From: Candidatus Wolfebacteria bacterium | Lineage (GTDB): Bacteria > Patescibacteriota > Minisyncoccia > Phycocordibacterales > NVSU01 | NCBI GenBank assembly: GCA_002401345.1 | Contig: NVSU01000004.1 | Span: 628 to 51,107, forward strand | Length of the DNA stretch: 50,480 bases | Direction: 5' to 3' | Part shown: piece by piece, positions 25,462 through 34,967 of the stretch | Position numbering within the stretch: position 1 is the stretch's first letter | Layout of the letters: the number at the start of each line of letters is the position of its first letter | Notes under the pieces: generated by a model | Database searches by the model: none | What the model saw: only the letters and a program-made list of their open reading frames with translations | What the model was told of the DNA's origin: nothing | Made by a program: the position numbers and the translations under genes

Positions 25462-27150
25462 TTATTCAAGTACTGCCTTTATTCGACGAACTCCTGCAGA
25501 CGCCGACTCTTCTTTCTTTATCCTAAATGTTCCTAGCTCAGACGTGGACGTTACATGGGGTCCACCGCAAATCTCTATACTGAAAACTGCATCTTGATCC
25601 CCTATGGTGTACACATCTACTTTGTCTTCATATTTATCCTCAAATACTCCAAGTGCTCCCATGTCTTTCGCTTCATCTAATACTACAGATGTACATGTCA
25701 CAGGTAGTGATTCTTTAATTTTTTCATTAATAAGCTCCTCCACTTTCTTTTTTTCATCATCGGTCATTTTCTCATGGTGTGAAAAATCGAATCGTAATCG
25801 TTCGGTCGTAATATTACTTCCCTTTTGAACTACATGATTACCAAGCACTTCACGCAACGCCTGATGAAGCATGTGTGTGGCTGTGTGATATTTTATTTCC
25901 ATTTCACTATGGCCTGCAAGTCCTCCTTTGAACTTTCCTGCTGCACTAGAGCGAGATCGCTCCTGATGCGCACGCATCTTTTCAAAAAAATCTTCTTCGT
26001 TAATTTTTTCTCCTTTTTCTAGAGCTAATTCTTGTGTCATCTCTAGTGGAAATCCATAGGTCGTAAAAAGTACAAATGGATCTCTTTCTCCTTTATCAAA
26101 TTGTTTCAATCCTTGGGCGAGTGTTTTTTTGAATTTATCTTCTTCCTTTTTTATTTCTGAGATTATAGTGCTGCGCATCTCATCACTTATAGGATATATA
26201 TCTCCGTATATAGCCTGTACTGAATCAAAAAATACAGACAAAGAGTCAAGTACTCCTAGACTTTCCATGTAGCGAACTGCGCGACGTAATAAACGCCGCA
26301 AGATATATCCTCTCTCACTATTTGACGGTAGCACTCCATCAGACAATAAAAAGATACTTGTCTTTATGTGATCAGCAATAATTCGAATTATACGATTATT
26401 TCCTACTTTGGATTCAGATGAAACTTTTTCTTCAATGTCCTTCATAAGTGTTTCAAATACGTCAGTCTCAAATACATTTTCTTTCTTTTGGAGCATTGTC
26501 AATAATCTCTCTAGTCCCATTCCAGTATCTACTCCTTTTTGTTTAAGTGGCGACTTGGATCCATTAGCATTACAATAATATTCATTGAACACTATATTCC
26601 ATATTTCCACTCCATTCACATAAATCTCTGTTGTGGGACCACATGGACCCTCATTGCCTGTAGGACCCCAAAAATTATCTTCTTTCCCAAATTTCTTAAC
26701 GATAAGAGAAGAATCAATTGCGTTCCAAATATTCTCTGATTCAGTATCTCCAGGAATATCCGAGTCACCTTCATATACAGATACATAATCAATTTCCAAT
26801 TCAAGTTCCTTTGTTATAAATTCATGCGCGAGCTCAATTGCCTCTTTTTTAAAATATCCTCCAAAAGAAAAGTTTCCAAGCATCTCAAAAAATGACAGAT
26901 GGGTATCATCTCCAACTTCCTCTATATCTGATGTTCGAATACTTTTTTGAACTGACGTGGTATTACTCGTACCAAAATCACTTTTAGCTTTTTTAACTCC
27001 ACTATAGTATGGCTTGAACTGTTGCATTCCTGCAGTCGTAAAAAGTACCGATGGGTCATTTTCGGGTATAAGAGAAGATGAGGGAACAATTGCGTGCCCT
27101 CGTGATTCAAAAAAATCTAGAAATTTTTTTCGTATGGTCTTTGAGTCCAT
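25462..27150 (-). CDS. alaS: Alanine--tRNA ligase, short form lacking C-Ala
   Basis: FTTAGMQQFK, FFEMLGNFS, DTGMGLER, HTATHMLH and EICGGPHV motifs. Ends at GVRRIKAVLE. Confidence 0.97.
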   Translation of the reverse strand: MDSKTIRKKFLDFFESRGHAIVPSSSLIPENDPSVLFTTAGMQQFKPYYSGVKKAKSDFGTSNTTSVQKSIRTSDIEEVGDDTHLSFFEMLGNFSFGGYFKKEAIELAHEFITKELELEIDYVSVYEGDSDIPGDTESENIWNAIDSSLIVKKFGKEDNFWGPTGNEGPCGPTTEIYVNGVEIWNIVFNEYYCNANGSKSPLKQKGVDTGMGLERLLTMLQKKENVFETDVFETLMKDIEEKVSSESKVGNNRIIRIIADHIKTSIFLLSDGVLPSNSERGYILRRLLRRAVRYMESLGVLDSLSVFFDSVQAIYGDIYPISDEMRSTIISEIKKEEDKFKKTLAQGLKQFDKGERDPFVLFTTYGFPLEMTQELALEKGEKINEEDFFEKMRAHQERSRSSAAGKFKGGLAGHSEMEIKYHTATHMLHQALREVLGNHVVQKGSNITTERLRFDFSHHEKMTDDEKKKVEELINEKIKESLPVTCTSVVLDEAKDMGALGVFEDKYEDKVDVYTIGDQDAVFSIEICGGPHVTSTSELGTFRIKKEESASAGVRRIKAVLE

Positions 27151-27159
27151 TATACAGCT

Positions 27160-27636
27160 CTATTCATTAGGATTATCTTCAAGAAATCGTTTCGTTTTTC
27201 TCAGACGATGTTCAATGGCCCATAATACTACAAATATAAATAATGTGAGAAGTGTCGCAATGAGCGCAAGTAAATAGAGACCAAACCCTACTGATATACC
27301 AATTCCTGCTGACACCCACAATCCACTCGCACTAGTGAGTCCACTAACTTTCTCATCTTTAAAAAATATAAGTCCTGCTCCAAGAAATCCTACTCCGACA
27401 ATTACCTGACTTGCGATACGAAGTGGATCAAAATTTGTAATGTCTATGTACTGCGCACTTACAATTTGAGACACAATAACAAAGAGTGCTGCTCCCATTG
27501 ATACAAGTGCATACGTTCTCATTCCCGCAGTCTTATGAGCAAAGAGTCGCTCTAATCCAATTGACATACCAAATAGCATTGCCACGAAAAGCTTAAAAAT
27601 AAACTCAAATGTTTGAAAATCTAAAAATGCCTCCAT
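27160..27636 (-). CDS. MgtC/SapB family membrane protein
   Basis: IGLER...AGMRT, RIASQVIVGVGFLGAG and GLTSA motifs. Confidence 0.92.
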   Translation of the reverse strand: MEAFLDFQTFEFIFKLFVAMLFGMSIGLERLFAHKTAGMRTYALVSMGAALFVIVSQIVSAQYIDITNFDPLRIASQVIVGVGFLGAGLIFFKDEKVSGLTSASGLWVSAGIGISVGFGLYLLALIATLLTLFIFVVLWAIEHRLRKTKRFLEDNPNE

Positions 27637-27694
27637 ATATCATGCAATTGATTAATGTATATGAAATCATTGTACCAAATCTTTAAGAAAATAA

Positions 27695-27722
27695 AAAAGC
27701 CTTCACATATGTGAAGGCTTTT
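27695..27722 (-). terminator. Terminator (perfect palindrome)
   Basis: AAAAGCCTTCACAT|ATGTGAAGGCTTTT. Confidence 0.75.
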
Positions 27723-27746
27723 GAGTATGAAGTAGAAAATTTAATT

Positions 27747-28055
27747 TTAGAGGTGTAACACTTCTTGCCGATTAATAAAGGCATCCATGATTCTTTCTGT
27801 AGATTTTTTTATTTTATCAAAAGAATAAAATTGCTTTACCACTAAAGAAGGAACAGTAGGATACTTTTCCTTATGAACTTCTTGGTATGTCTCATGAGAT
27901 TTTATTTGCAAAGGAACTACATGCTTGTTCATTCTATTATCTAAATGAAGTATTTCAATATCAATCCCCTTGGCATCTTTAAATGTTGATGCCTTTGCTG
28001 CAAAAAATACAGATTCGATTTCATTAATTATCTTAACAACCTCATCCTCCAACAA
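27747..28055 (-). CDS. Orphan with a PD-(D/E)XK-like motif, possibly the C-terminal part of the upstream ORF
   Basis: DAKGID...LQIKS motif. TTG start only. The frame is open upstream through an A7 run. Confidence 0.55.
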   Translation of the reverse strand: MLEDEVVKIINEIESVFFAAKASTFKDAKGIDIEILHLDNRMNKHVVPLQIKSHETYQEVHKEKYPTVPSLVVKQFYSFDKIKKSTERIMDAFINRQEVLHL

Positions 28056-28762
28056 AAATCCATATTCACATGATGATTTTTTTGAACTATAATTTGTTTC
28101 AACGTATCTTTGTCATACCCTAGACACAAGAATATTAGAGCGTCGTATTTTCTATCTCGTCGTGGTATATTTCTGATGTCATGTTCTCTTAACTTTCTAT
28201 CCAGTCTGAATTCAAATTTAAATCTTATTCTTTTTTCAGAATAAACCTTCACATATAATTTTCTAGAATTTTCTTCACCTGAAATTTTTTTTTCGAATGA
28301 AATAATAACACCATCATCAATCATATCTTGAAAACATCCAGATATTTTTCTCACCAATGCTCTAAATTCATTTCTTTTTCTAAGGACTAGTGTTGGTCGT
28401 ATGTATAATTTTTCTGATTGCATAAATCCAACTATCCGATCTTTAAGAATATACGTTATTTTTTCAATTTTCAATCGACACATAATGTCTGGACTCAAAA
28501 ATATTTGATATCGCACAGATGTGTCATCAACTCGTATTTTTTGTGATGAAATTACACCATTAGTTTCCCAATGCTTTGGTACTGTAATATCTAATAACAC
28601 AATATAATCACTACGCATAAGTTTATAGCGCCGAGAGATCAAACATTTATCAGGAGAAACATCTTCGAGAAGTTCAAAGGATTTATAAAACCCCTCTAAT
28701 TTTAAATCTGATAACAGTGAATACATTATTTTCTCAAGCTGAAGTATGTCATCTTCTACCAT
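28028..28762 (-). CDS. Orphan hypothetical protein
   Basis: 244-aa ORF. Promoter TTGACC-17-TATACT at 28831-28859. Confidence 0.65.
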   Translation of the reverse strand: MVEDDILQLEKIMYSLLSDLKLEGFYKSFELLEDVSPDKCLISRRYKLMRSDYIVLLDITVPKHWETNGVISSQKIRVDDTSVRYQIFLSPDIMCRLKIEKITYILKDRIVGFMQSEKLYIRPTLVLRKRNEFRALVRKISGCFQDMIDDGVIISFEKKISGEENSRKLYVKVYSEKRIRFKFEFRLDRKLREHDIRNIPRRDRKYDALIFLCLGYDKDTLKQIIVQKNHHVNMDFCWRMRLLR

Positions 28763-28868
28763 TAATTAAATTTTAAAGGACATTATCACAAACTATACCC
28801 TTGTGAAATAGGAATAAAATATCTGGCAATAGTATACCACCAATACTTACTATGGTCAAATATTGAGT

Positions 28869-30029
28869 TTATTCAATAATCCCCCCTCCAAGACACACCT
28901 CTCCGTCATAGAGCACGAGAGATTGTCCTGGGGACACGATTGTTGGCTCTTTAAACTCTACCGACACAGTAGTATCATTTATAGTTTTTATTTCGCAGGG
29001 AATCATTTTTCCTAAGTGGCGAATTCGACCACTGTATTCCTTATTAATCTGTGGAATATAATTTACTATCCAATTTACATCTATAAGAGAAACTATATTA
29101 TCAGTTGATTTGTTTTTATGTAGTAATTTATTCTCAGATACAGTTAATGTATTTGCATGCATATCCTTAGCTATAATATAAAGCGGCTTATCATTCGTTC
29201 CTTTTTTGATAATGGTAAACCCATGTCGCTCCCCTAATGTATAAAACAATACTCCTGTGTGATACCCAATAATTTCGCCATGTTCATTCAATACATCTCC
29301 CCTTTTTTCCTTGATATAGTGTTTGAGAAAATCTTTCATATCTAGCTTTCCAAGAAAACACACCCCCTGGCTATCTTTTTTCTTGTACGTCGGCAATTCA
29401 AATTTTTCTGCCAATTTTCGAACATGATCTTTCTCTATGTCACCAATGGGAAATATAATATGTGGAAGTTGATCTTGAGAAAGTGTCCACAGAAAATAGC
29501 TCTGATCTTTTTTAGGATCCCGACCTGTCAAAAGTAAATTTCCCTCTTTAGTAATTTTGTTTCTTGCATAATGTCCCGTCGCAACATAATCAGCTCCCAT
29601 TGAAAGGGCCTTATCATAAAATGCTCCAAATTTTACATGCTTATTACACATCACGTCTGGATTAGGAGTATTCCCCTTTGAGTACTCATCTATCATATAG
29701 TCAGCAACTTCTTTTTTATAAATATCCTCAAAATCAAATTCCAGGAACGGAATATCCAAGTGTGCCGCAACTCTGATCGCATCACGTCTGTCATCTCGCC
29801 ATGTGCACCCTATTCTCCTCTGTAGATCAACTTGAAGGAAATCTGGCTGCCATACGCGAATAAAAACACCAACGACCTCATAGCCTTGTTTTTTCAATAA
29901 TGCAGCCGATACTGAAGAATCCACCCCTCCTGAGAGCCCTACAAATACAGTTTTCCTATCTGCCGTCTGATACGAGCCTCGCCCCTGGCGGGAGGCAGGC
30001 AGATTTTTTTTCGATTTTATATTAAACAT
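28869..30029 (-). CDS. mnmA: tRNA 2-thiouridine synthase
   Basis: SGGVDSS, TPNPDVMCN, ATGHY, KDQSYFL, KKDSQGVCF and PGQ motifs. Confidence 0.97.
   Translation of the reverse strand: MFNIKSKKNLPASRQGRGSYQTADRKTVFVGLSGGVDSSVSAALLKKQGYEVVGVFIRVWQPDFLQVDLQRRIGCTWRDDRRDAIRVAAHLDIPFLEFDFEDIYKKEVADYMIDEYSKGNTPNPDVMCNKHVKFGAFYDKALSMGADYVATGHYARNKITKEGNLLLTGRDPKKDQSYFLWTLSQDQLPHIIFPIGDIEKDHVRKLAEKFELPTYKKKDSQGVCFLGKLDMKDFLKHYIKEKRGDVLNEHGEIIGYHTGVLFYTLGERHGFTIIKKGTNDKPLYIIAKDMHANTLTVSENKLLHKNKSTDNIVSLIDVNWIVNYIPQINKEYSGRIRHLGKMIPCEIKTINDTTVSVEFKEPTIVSPGQSLVLYDGEVCLGGGIIE
29955..30003 (-). repeat. In-frame GC-rich palindromic insert in the mnmA 5' end
   Basis: tCTGCCTGCC-tcccgccaggggcgaggctcgtatcagac-GGCAGATAGg encodes NLPASRQGRGSYQTADR just before KTVFVGLSGG. 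Confidence 0.7.
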
Positions 30030-30052
30030 ATATAACTCTAACTATATATAAA

Positions 30053-30080
30053 AAAGAGATAACTTTAAAGTTATCTCTTT
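30053..30080 (-). terminator. Perfect 28-bp palindrome, probable terminator
   Basis: AAAGAGATAACTTT|AAAGTTATCTCTTT just after the exonuclease stop codon. Confidence 0.6.
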
Positions 30081-30094
30081 AGATAGCAGTAATC

Positions 30095-30646
30095 TTAAAG
30101 ACTCATAAGTTTTTTATAGACTTCATAGGTGGCACGTGCGTCAGAGAGTGCAGTGTGGGATTTCTTATTCTCCACTCCAAAATACTGAGTTAACTTTTGC
30201 AATGAAAATCTCTCAATATCATCCTTCTTGTGAAGTAGGGCAAATGCAATAGAAATAGTATCCATCTTGTGATAATGCATCTTATTTTCTACACCTGTAG
30301 TTCTGAATGCGCGCTCTATAAATGAGTAGTCGAAGGTAACATTATGTGCAACAAATATAGCATCCTTAGTTTTCTCTGAGAGTGCCTTCATAGCCTCTTC
30401 CAAAGTATATGCAAATACCCAGTCAGATGGATTATATCCATTTACACGAAGTGCCCGGGGATCAGCATCTTGAATACGCTCAGGTTTTACTTTATATTCT
30501 AATTCATCAATTACCTCTAAAGAAGGAGATCCATCCGGATTTAAAGCCTGTCGAACAACCACCACGCCAATTTCTATTATCTCATGCTTTTCTGGATCTA
30601 ATCCAGTTGTCTCAATATCTAAAAAAGCTAAATTGTGTCTTTTCAT
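30095..30646 (-). CDS. DEDDh 3'-5' exonuclease (DnaQ-like)
   Basis: LDIETTG, VAHNVTFD and HTALSDA motifs. Confidence 0.92.
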   Translation of the reverse strand: MKRHNLAFLDIETTGLDPEKHEIIEIGVVVVRQALNPDGSPSLEVIDELEYKVKPERIQDADPRALRVNGYNPSDWVFAYTLEEAMKALSEKTKDAIFVAHNVTFDYSFIERAFRTTGVENKMHYHKMDTISIAFALLHKKDDIERFSLQKLTQYFGVENKKSHTALSDARATYEVYKKLMSL

Positions 30647-30680
30647 GATTTATTTTCTTATGAGCGGAGTGAATTTGAAA

Positions 30681-30755
30681 ATCATCACCCTGTGAAATAA
30701 TCTGCATAAGACAGATTAATTTTCTTCTCTTAAAAGAAAATCATTTCACTGGGGT
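30681..30755 (-). repeat. Family-B structured leader element, copy 1
   Basis: Sense ACCCCAGTGAAAT-[2 hairpins]-ATTTCACAGGGT-GATGAT, 34 nt before the ATG. Confidence 0.85.
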
Positions 30756-30787
30756 CTGAAAATATATCCCGCTGTGCTTCATTATTG

Positions 30788-31804
30788 TTATAAATATTTT
30801 TGCTTGTTTTTCTTATGTTCTTCAAATGTTTTTCCATAACGAGCTACTCCATCATTTCCATGTAAATAATAGAGATATGGAGATGTCTCAGGACTAATTG
30901 CAGCCTTTATAGAGTCTAGCCCTGGATTTCCGATGGGTCCTGGCGGTAGCCCTTTATTTGTATATGTATTATACGGTGAATCCGTCTGTAAGTCACTGAG
31001 GGTTAATTCAGCACTGCCCTTTCCGTTGATAAATAAAAATGTCGCATCAACTTGGAGTGCAAGACCTATATCTATTCGTTTCCATAGTATTCCTGAGATA
31101 ATTCTTCGTTCATCACTCCTATTGGCTTCTCGTTCTATAATTGACGCCATTGTAATGACATCACTCAACTCTTCACCGAATTCATCTATTTCACTCTGAA
31201 TTGATGATATTTTATTATCAAAAGTATCTTTCATTTGTTTCACCACATCCTTTGATGTGGCTGATGGAAGATAGAAATACGTATCTGGAAATAAATATCC
31301 TTCATCACCTGCGGTGAGTTCAAGAAACTTCTCCGAGTCAAATTCATCCAATGCATTAGCATAAATTCCTGCAATTTCAGTGCGAGACAATCCCTCTGGA
31401 ATAGTTACCTTAAGTGACGTAACATTATAGTCTCCTTTCACAATACGTCGGGCAACACTGATGACACTTATACGCTTTTCGAAAAAATAATCTCCTGCAA
31501 CGATGTGTGTATCTCCACCAAATATAATTGCGAAAAATTGAAATACTGACCCAGAGCGAACTATTTTATGATCATCAAGAAGCTGCGATACTTCATTAAG
31601 AGATGAACCCTTCTCTATACGAATCGTTGAATCTTTAGGAAATTGTAGTGGTGCACTGAGTACGAATAAAAAAATAAGGACAAATAATAATGCACCTCCA
31701 AAAATAATACGTTTCTTAGTATTTAAATTACGATAAGTATTAAAATTAAATTTTCGCTCATCTATGAGAATTTCTTCCATAGATTCGAATGAGTCTGATT
31801 TCAT
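30788..31804 (-). CDS. mltG: Endolytic transglycosylase MltG
   Basis: TIPEG, EGYLFPDTY, ASIIEREA, LQVDAT and SPYNTY..GLPPGPI motifs. Confidence 0.95.
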   Translation of the reverse strand: MKSDSFESMEEILIDERKFNFNTYRNLNTKKRIIFGGALLFVLIFLFVLSAPLQFPKDSTIRIEKGSSLNEVSQLLDDHKIVRSGSVFQFFAIIFGGDTHIVAGDYFFEKRISVISVARRIVKGDYNVTSLKVTIPEGLSRTEIAGIYANALDEFDSEKFLELTAGDEGYLFPDTYFYLPSATSKDVVKQMKDTFDNKISSIQSEIDEFGEELSDVITMASIIEREANRSDERRIISGILWKRIDIGLALQVDATFLFINGKGSAELTLSDLQTDSPYNTYTNKGLPPGPIGNPGLDSIKAAISPETSPYLYYLHGNDGVARYGKTFEEHKKNKQKYL

Positions 31805-31822
31805 ATTGTTCCCTATTATATA

Positions 31823-33043
31823 CTATGTAGGCAAATTTGCAGGTGGCTCAGATTTTTTGAATTCAATTCGCTTGAAACTAGGCGTTTCAGAAACCTGTCC
31901 AGGAAAGTGATATATTGTTGCCAGCTCTTCACTATTAAGGACAGATGGTGTTTTTTTATGAGGTGGATAGAAGAACGATCTTCTTTTGTATGCATCAAGC
32001 ATCAATTTTTTTTGTGTTTCTGTTCGTTTACCCGTAATATCCTGCCATGGAAATTTAAACCCTGTGGCAGCTGTAGGTGCAAAACCATTAAGTGAGGCTG
32101 ATCCATATTGCCTCAAACTTCCTATGAGTCCTGAGATATTTGCCGCATTAAATGACCCCTTCTTTGCAAGATAGATACCCCGAATTCCAGTATCGAATCC
32201 TAATTTTGAAATACTTCTTTCTATGGAACTAATCTTATCTTTCTCCCCTTGAGTAAGTGGGAGTGGTTGTTCACCTTCTTTTTTGGGTCTACTTTTCTCT
32301 TTCAACTCTTTAACAAGATCCTCTCCATATTTTTTCCATTTACGAGTTCCTCTCCATGTACCCGGCTTATGATATTCTTTCATAGTTGCTCTAACAAGAA
32401 TCTGAATCCATATTTGTTCATCTGGACCAATATGACCCATGAACTCCATCATAGGTGTAATAGGATCGATTCTCTCAAACTCCTCAAGACTTCCCACTGC
32501 TTTATCCAAACCATAGTCGATATATGTTTTTATTGGATATGGATCAGGCTGTGTGAGACCAAACTCAGCCGCCCACATTTCCCATGTTCCATCCTTTTTA
32601 TATTCCGGAAATGCCTTTGTGTAATCTTCTACTTCATTAATTTCTGCTTGTGGATACTGAGCATATATCTGACTCTCTATTAGATTTTTGAAAAACGCTG
32701 GTATATACATCATAAAATATACATTACCTCCAATAGACACTATTTCAAGAGAAAACCATCCTCGTACCATCCCCACCCAATATAATTTATACCAGTCACC
32801 GGGAAATGTCTGGTAAAAACTGTTAATTACAAGCTCCATTGCTTGAGGAGATTTATGAATTTCTTTCGGTATTTTAATCTGCAGCATCACCCATTTCATT
32901 TTTGAAATGTCTTTTGCATTTTTATAATGTAGTCGAACTTTAAATCCTATCCATAATAAAAGGGCCGCACCTACAAGTGGAGCAAGTGCAATCAGTATAG
33001 GAAATATTTTTTCACCTAGTAGAACAAAAAAATCTATTGTCAT
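31823..33043 (-). CDS. Membrane-anchored hypothetical protein
   Basis: N-terminal TM, then FSLEI, QIYAQYP.AEI, YPIKTY and EELAT.YHFP. Resembles CPR proteins I recall near VirD4-like ATPases (unverified). Start probably ATG 33043. Confidence 0.7.
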   Translation of the reverse strand: MTIDFFVLLGEKIFPILIALAPLVGAALLLWIGFKVRLHYKNAKDISKMKWVMLQIKIPKEIHKSPQAMELVINSFYQTFPGDWYKLYWVGMVRGWFSLEIVSIGGNVYFMMYIPAFFKNLIESQIYAQYPQAEINEVEDYTKAFPEYKKDGTWEMWAAEFGLTQPDPYPIKTYIDYGLDKAVGSLEEFERIDPITPMMEFMGHIGPDEQIWIQILVRATMKEYHKPGTWRGTRKWKKYGEDLVKELKEKSRPKKEGEQPLPLTQGEKDKISSIERSISKLGFDTGIRGIYLAKKGSFNAANISGLIGSLRQYGSASLNGFAPTAATGFKFPWQDITGKRTETQKKLMLDAYKRRSFFYPPHKKTPSVLNSEELATIYHFPGQVSETPSFKRIEFKKSEPPANLPT

Positions 33044-33104
33044 ATGGATTAATAGTAATATAAATAAGAATAAAAGAAAATCACTACTCAAGGTCTATAG
33101 AATA

Positions 33105-33650
33105 CTAAAATGTGATTGGGATTCGATGTTCAAGTAATTCTCGTGTAGATCCTCCACTAAATGTATTCTCAAATAATAAAAACCCGGGAATATTCTGATC
33201 CGTATTCGAATATGAAAGTTGCACAGAAAATGCAATAGGTTCAGTCGTTATTGAGTCATCTGTGAGTACTATTGGGATGCGATCAGTAGCTGAGACACCA
33301 TTTAAATCTACAATTCGAACGGTTCCCGCAATACCTTCAAATGAGGGCCAACATGCTACATTTTTTTTCTCATTGGCAATGTGTCCTTCAATTATTACAG
33401 GGTCAACTACTACCTCATGTGGTGTGGGTGACGTGACAACTATTCCACATTCAACGATATCTTGATCAACCTCCACAAGTAGATCTTCATCTGACACCTC
33501 ATCGAGAGTAGTATCAGGGGCTATGTTATTTGATGGAAAAAAAGAATTAAGTGACACAAAGGGCTCGCCCTTAGAAAAAAGCCCTAATGCTACGGCTCCT
33601 AATGTAATTCCCACTGCCGCAACAAGAATTATTGTAATGATTTTTGACAT
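33105..33650 (-). CDS. Membrane-anchored protein with an Ig-like (Gmad2-like) domain
   Basis: N-terminal TM, then IVVTSP...IEG...W.SFEG.AG.V. Confidence 0.6.
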   Translation of the reverse strand: MSKIITIILVAAVGITLGAVALGLFSKGEPFVSLNSFFPSNNIAPDTTLDEVSDEDLLVEVDQDIVECGIVVTSPTPHEVVVDPVIIEGHIANEKKNVACWPSFEGIAGTVRIVDLNGVSATDRIPIVLTDDSITTEPIAFSVQLSYSNTDQNIPGFLLFENTFSGGSTRELLEHRIPITF

Positions 33651-33717
33651 ATGTATTACTGTATAAAAAGAAATGAGCCCCTTAGAGACTCATTTCTTTT
33701 TCCTTAATTAAGTGTAA

Positions 33718-34746
33718 TTATACTGCTTTATATAGACCGTCTTTTGTTTTCTTAAAGTATTTTGGATTTTGAAGGTTTACCATAATAGTATTTCTCTTCA
33801 AAAATCGTTCCTTCATCATAAGCTCTATAATATCGTCCTTAGAGAGTGCACCTTTTTCTTTTAGAATATCCCTGAGCACATCCTTTACCACTCCATGTCG
33901 GTACCCCCATTCTGAAAGTCCATATGTACCACGTCCCACGAGTACAAATCGAGCATCTTTTATTAATTCATTATGACATGTTGCTGAATTAGTTTTCTTT
34001 TTAAAGACTTCAGTAATTGACTTAGCAACTTCTCTAAAGTGCATTGGTGATCCATGTTGTCGCATCACAAGAAATGCATAATCTTTCACACCTTTTGTTT
34101 TTATATTAGATGAAGTAGCCTTTCCCCATTCACCGAGTGGATTTCTGCTGATTTTTTTTGAAAGTAAAAGCCATCGTCGAGCAATTTCTTGATTTTTATA
34201 TTCGTGATTTAAACTCTTGATTTCGTCTAGGAATTGATCAATCATATCTGCTTCTGCAATAATGTCATCGTTGTTTAATGATTTGTACAGATTCTTTAGT
34301 CCGTCATGTATATGTCCATCAACATCATTATCAACACTCCATCGCGCATTAAAATGATCATCATCTTTGTGGCGTGTAAACTCATCTCCTAATACTAAAA
34401 AGAAATTAATATGGTTTTGAGATAATTTATCTTTTGAAATATGACTTAGTAAATCACCTTCATGAACCACAGAACCCAAAGAAACCATTAACTCTTTAAG
34501 TTCATCAAACACAGCCTTTTCTTGCTCAAATGCATCTGATTTCTTTATTGCCATAAGAGCTGCATTTTCTATTTGTCGCACTCGCTCACGCGTAATACTA
34601 TACATATTACCAATAGACTCTAAAGTCTTTCTCTCAGACTCACCTCCGAGTCCAAATCGATTTAGCACAACATCATAGGCCCTCTCATTTAGGTTACCCA
34701 TAATTTTTTTGCTTATATTTTTTGGTTTAAAAGTTAATGTTGCCAT
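33718..34746 (-). CDS. Sigma70 region 4 plus C-terminal HTH (HARE/RNAP-delta-like) protein
   Basis: RFGL...TLESIG..YSITRERVRQIE; PMHFREVA...HNELIKDARFVLVGRGTYGL.EW. Confidence 0.75.
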   Translation of the reverse strand: MATLTFKPKNISKKIMGNLNERAYDVVLNRFGLGGESERKTLESIGNMYSITRERVRQIENAALMAIKKSDAFEQEKAVFDELKELMVSLGSVVHEGDLLSHISKDKLSQNHINFFLVLGDEFTRHKDDDHFNARWSVDNDVDGHIHDGLKNLYKSLNNDDIIAEADMIDQFLDEIKSLNHEYKNQEIARRWLLLSKKISRNPLGEWGKATSSNIKTKGVKDYAFLVMRQHGSPMHFREVAKSITEVFKKKTNSATCHNELIKDARFVLVGRGTYGLSEWGYRHGVVKDVLRDILKEKGALSKDDIIELMMKERFLKRNTIMVNLQNPKYFKKTKDGLYKAV

Positions 34747-34967
34747 AAGTTAATTTGTATGATTATTTACTATGTTGATTTTATCATCACTGTAAAAAAA
34801 GTCAATTGAATACACAGTGGATTCATGTCATTGTCATCCACCAATTATTCTGACTAATTAAATGGTCTATATGTAAATCGTATCTAAATCAAGCCAGTAA
34901 ATACAGGGCTTATTTGGATAAAATCTTATATTTGCATAATAACAAATAAATCAAATTTTGTCAAAGA

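Noticed and set aside
30681-30760. Kink-turn or box C/D reading of GTGATGA in family B
   Set aside because: The partner GA strand is present in two copies but absent in the ftsZ copy, and it would disrupt the closing stem.
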